A DNA stretch of 57,191 bases from a virus. Its lineage: Duplodnaviria; Caudoviricetes. The stretch is from the IMG/VR virus record IMGVR_UViG_3300028394_000089, positions 1 to 57,191 of that record; one strand, 5' to 3'. Under the pieces are notes generated by a model that saw only the letters and a list, made by a program, of their open reading frames with translations, was not told the origin of the DNA and did no database searches. This document shows, one piece after another, positions 56,569 through 57,191 of the stretch. Position 1 is the first letter of the stretch. Each line of letters begins with the position of its first letter. The translations under genes and the position numbers were made by a program.

Positions 56569-56585
56569 GTGTAATCAAGATTAAT

Positions 56586-56657
56586 TCCAGTCAAGCATAG
56601 ATGGCGATGCACGGGTTTTGTAAACCTGAGAGTAGGATTCGAACTCCTAGACTGGAT
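56586..56657 (+). tRNA. tRNA-Thr(TGT)
   Basis: TCCAGTC/GACTGGA, CGGGT-TTTGTAA-ACCTG, TAGGA-TTCGAAC-TCCTA. Confidence 0.85.
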
Positions 56658-56675
56658 TAACTCTATATATAAATT

Positions 56676-56960
56676 ATGATTAGTAAGCACGTTAACGAGA
56701 TCCTAGAAGTTTGTAGGGAAAACTATCGTACCATTAAATGCGTAGAAGCTCTACATGATTCGTACAAGAAATTCGAAATTGAATCGAGTAACCTTTATCC
56801 TGATTTGGAATCCAAAGATGTTTTTGTTCTAAATAACAATAAAGTTTTTACTAGCGATGATCTAGAGTTTGCAGCGATTAATATTATTAATGGTAATGTA
56901 GTAGTATTTCTGGGCAATTACCGTTTCTACTTTAACGAAGAGACATTTAAATTTAATTAA
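56676..56960 (+). CDS. hypothetical protein
   Basis: 94-aa ORF between tRNAs. Confidence 0.6.
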   Translation: MISKHVNEILEVCRENYRTIKCVEALHDSYKKFEIESSNLYPDLESKDVFVLNNNKVFTSDDLEFAAINIINGNVVVFLGNYRFYFNEETFKFN

Positions 56961-56966
56961 TTAAAA

Positions 56967-57043
<77 letters not shown>

Positions 57044-57050
57044 CTTAATA

Positions 57051-57191
57051 ATGAAATGGGCAGAGTCATACGCGCAGGGAGATAGTGCAGAGAAGAGGTT
57101 TGCCACCACGTTGTATAAATGTATTTTTGCAACTACCCATGAAAATATCCATGAGCATTGGGATGTTCGTGATGAGGAGTTCAAGTATGAC
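57051..57191 (+). CDS. partial ORF running off the window, possibly PD-(D/E)XK-like
   Basis: G..AE..F....EH.D pattern; no stop before the end. Confidence 0.45.
   Translation, partial: MKWAESYAQGDSAEKRFATTLYKCIFATTHENIHEHWDVRDEEFKYD

Overview
AT-rich, densely coding segment of a large dsDNA bacteriophage genome. The host is probably a Verrucomicrobiota member; this is inferred from an outer-membrane beta-barrel gene and is not proven. Layout: (1-10.4 kb) an 11-gene nucleotide-sugar/glycosyltransferase/methyltransferase cluster. (10.4-19.1 kb) A replication module with dNMP kinase, DnaB, primase, dCMP deaminase, a PD-(D/E)XK exonuclease and a C-family polymerase split into PHP, 3'-5' exonuclease and core genes. 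(19.1-38.6 kb) Putative structural genes on the minus strand plus accessory genes: vWA/MoxR, ThyX, an aminoacyl-tRNA-protein-transferase-like gene, PQ-loop, phosphoesterases, a 2OG-Fe oxygenase and HTTM. (38.6-57.2 kb) An RNA-rich region followed by early-type small ORFs, GMP reductase, MazG and RuvB. There are 15 tRNAs in the window, including rare Ile(UAU) and Ser(ACU). The highlight is a minus-strand tmRNA (39183-39893) with a 34-residue tag, split in its T-loop by a 255-nt ORF-less group I intron. A convergent HNH-type endonuclease ORF reads through the 3' exon and stops inside the intron. The tmRNA body also carries a perfect 16-nt antisense copy of the intron's P7/S core strand. Also seen: an unassigned ~205-nt structured RNA, widespread leaderless sigma70-type promoters, and a second GTGTAWW promoter-like motif. 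All calls come from reading motifs by eye; no searches or folding programs were run.
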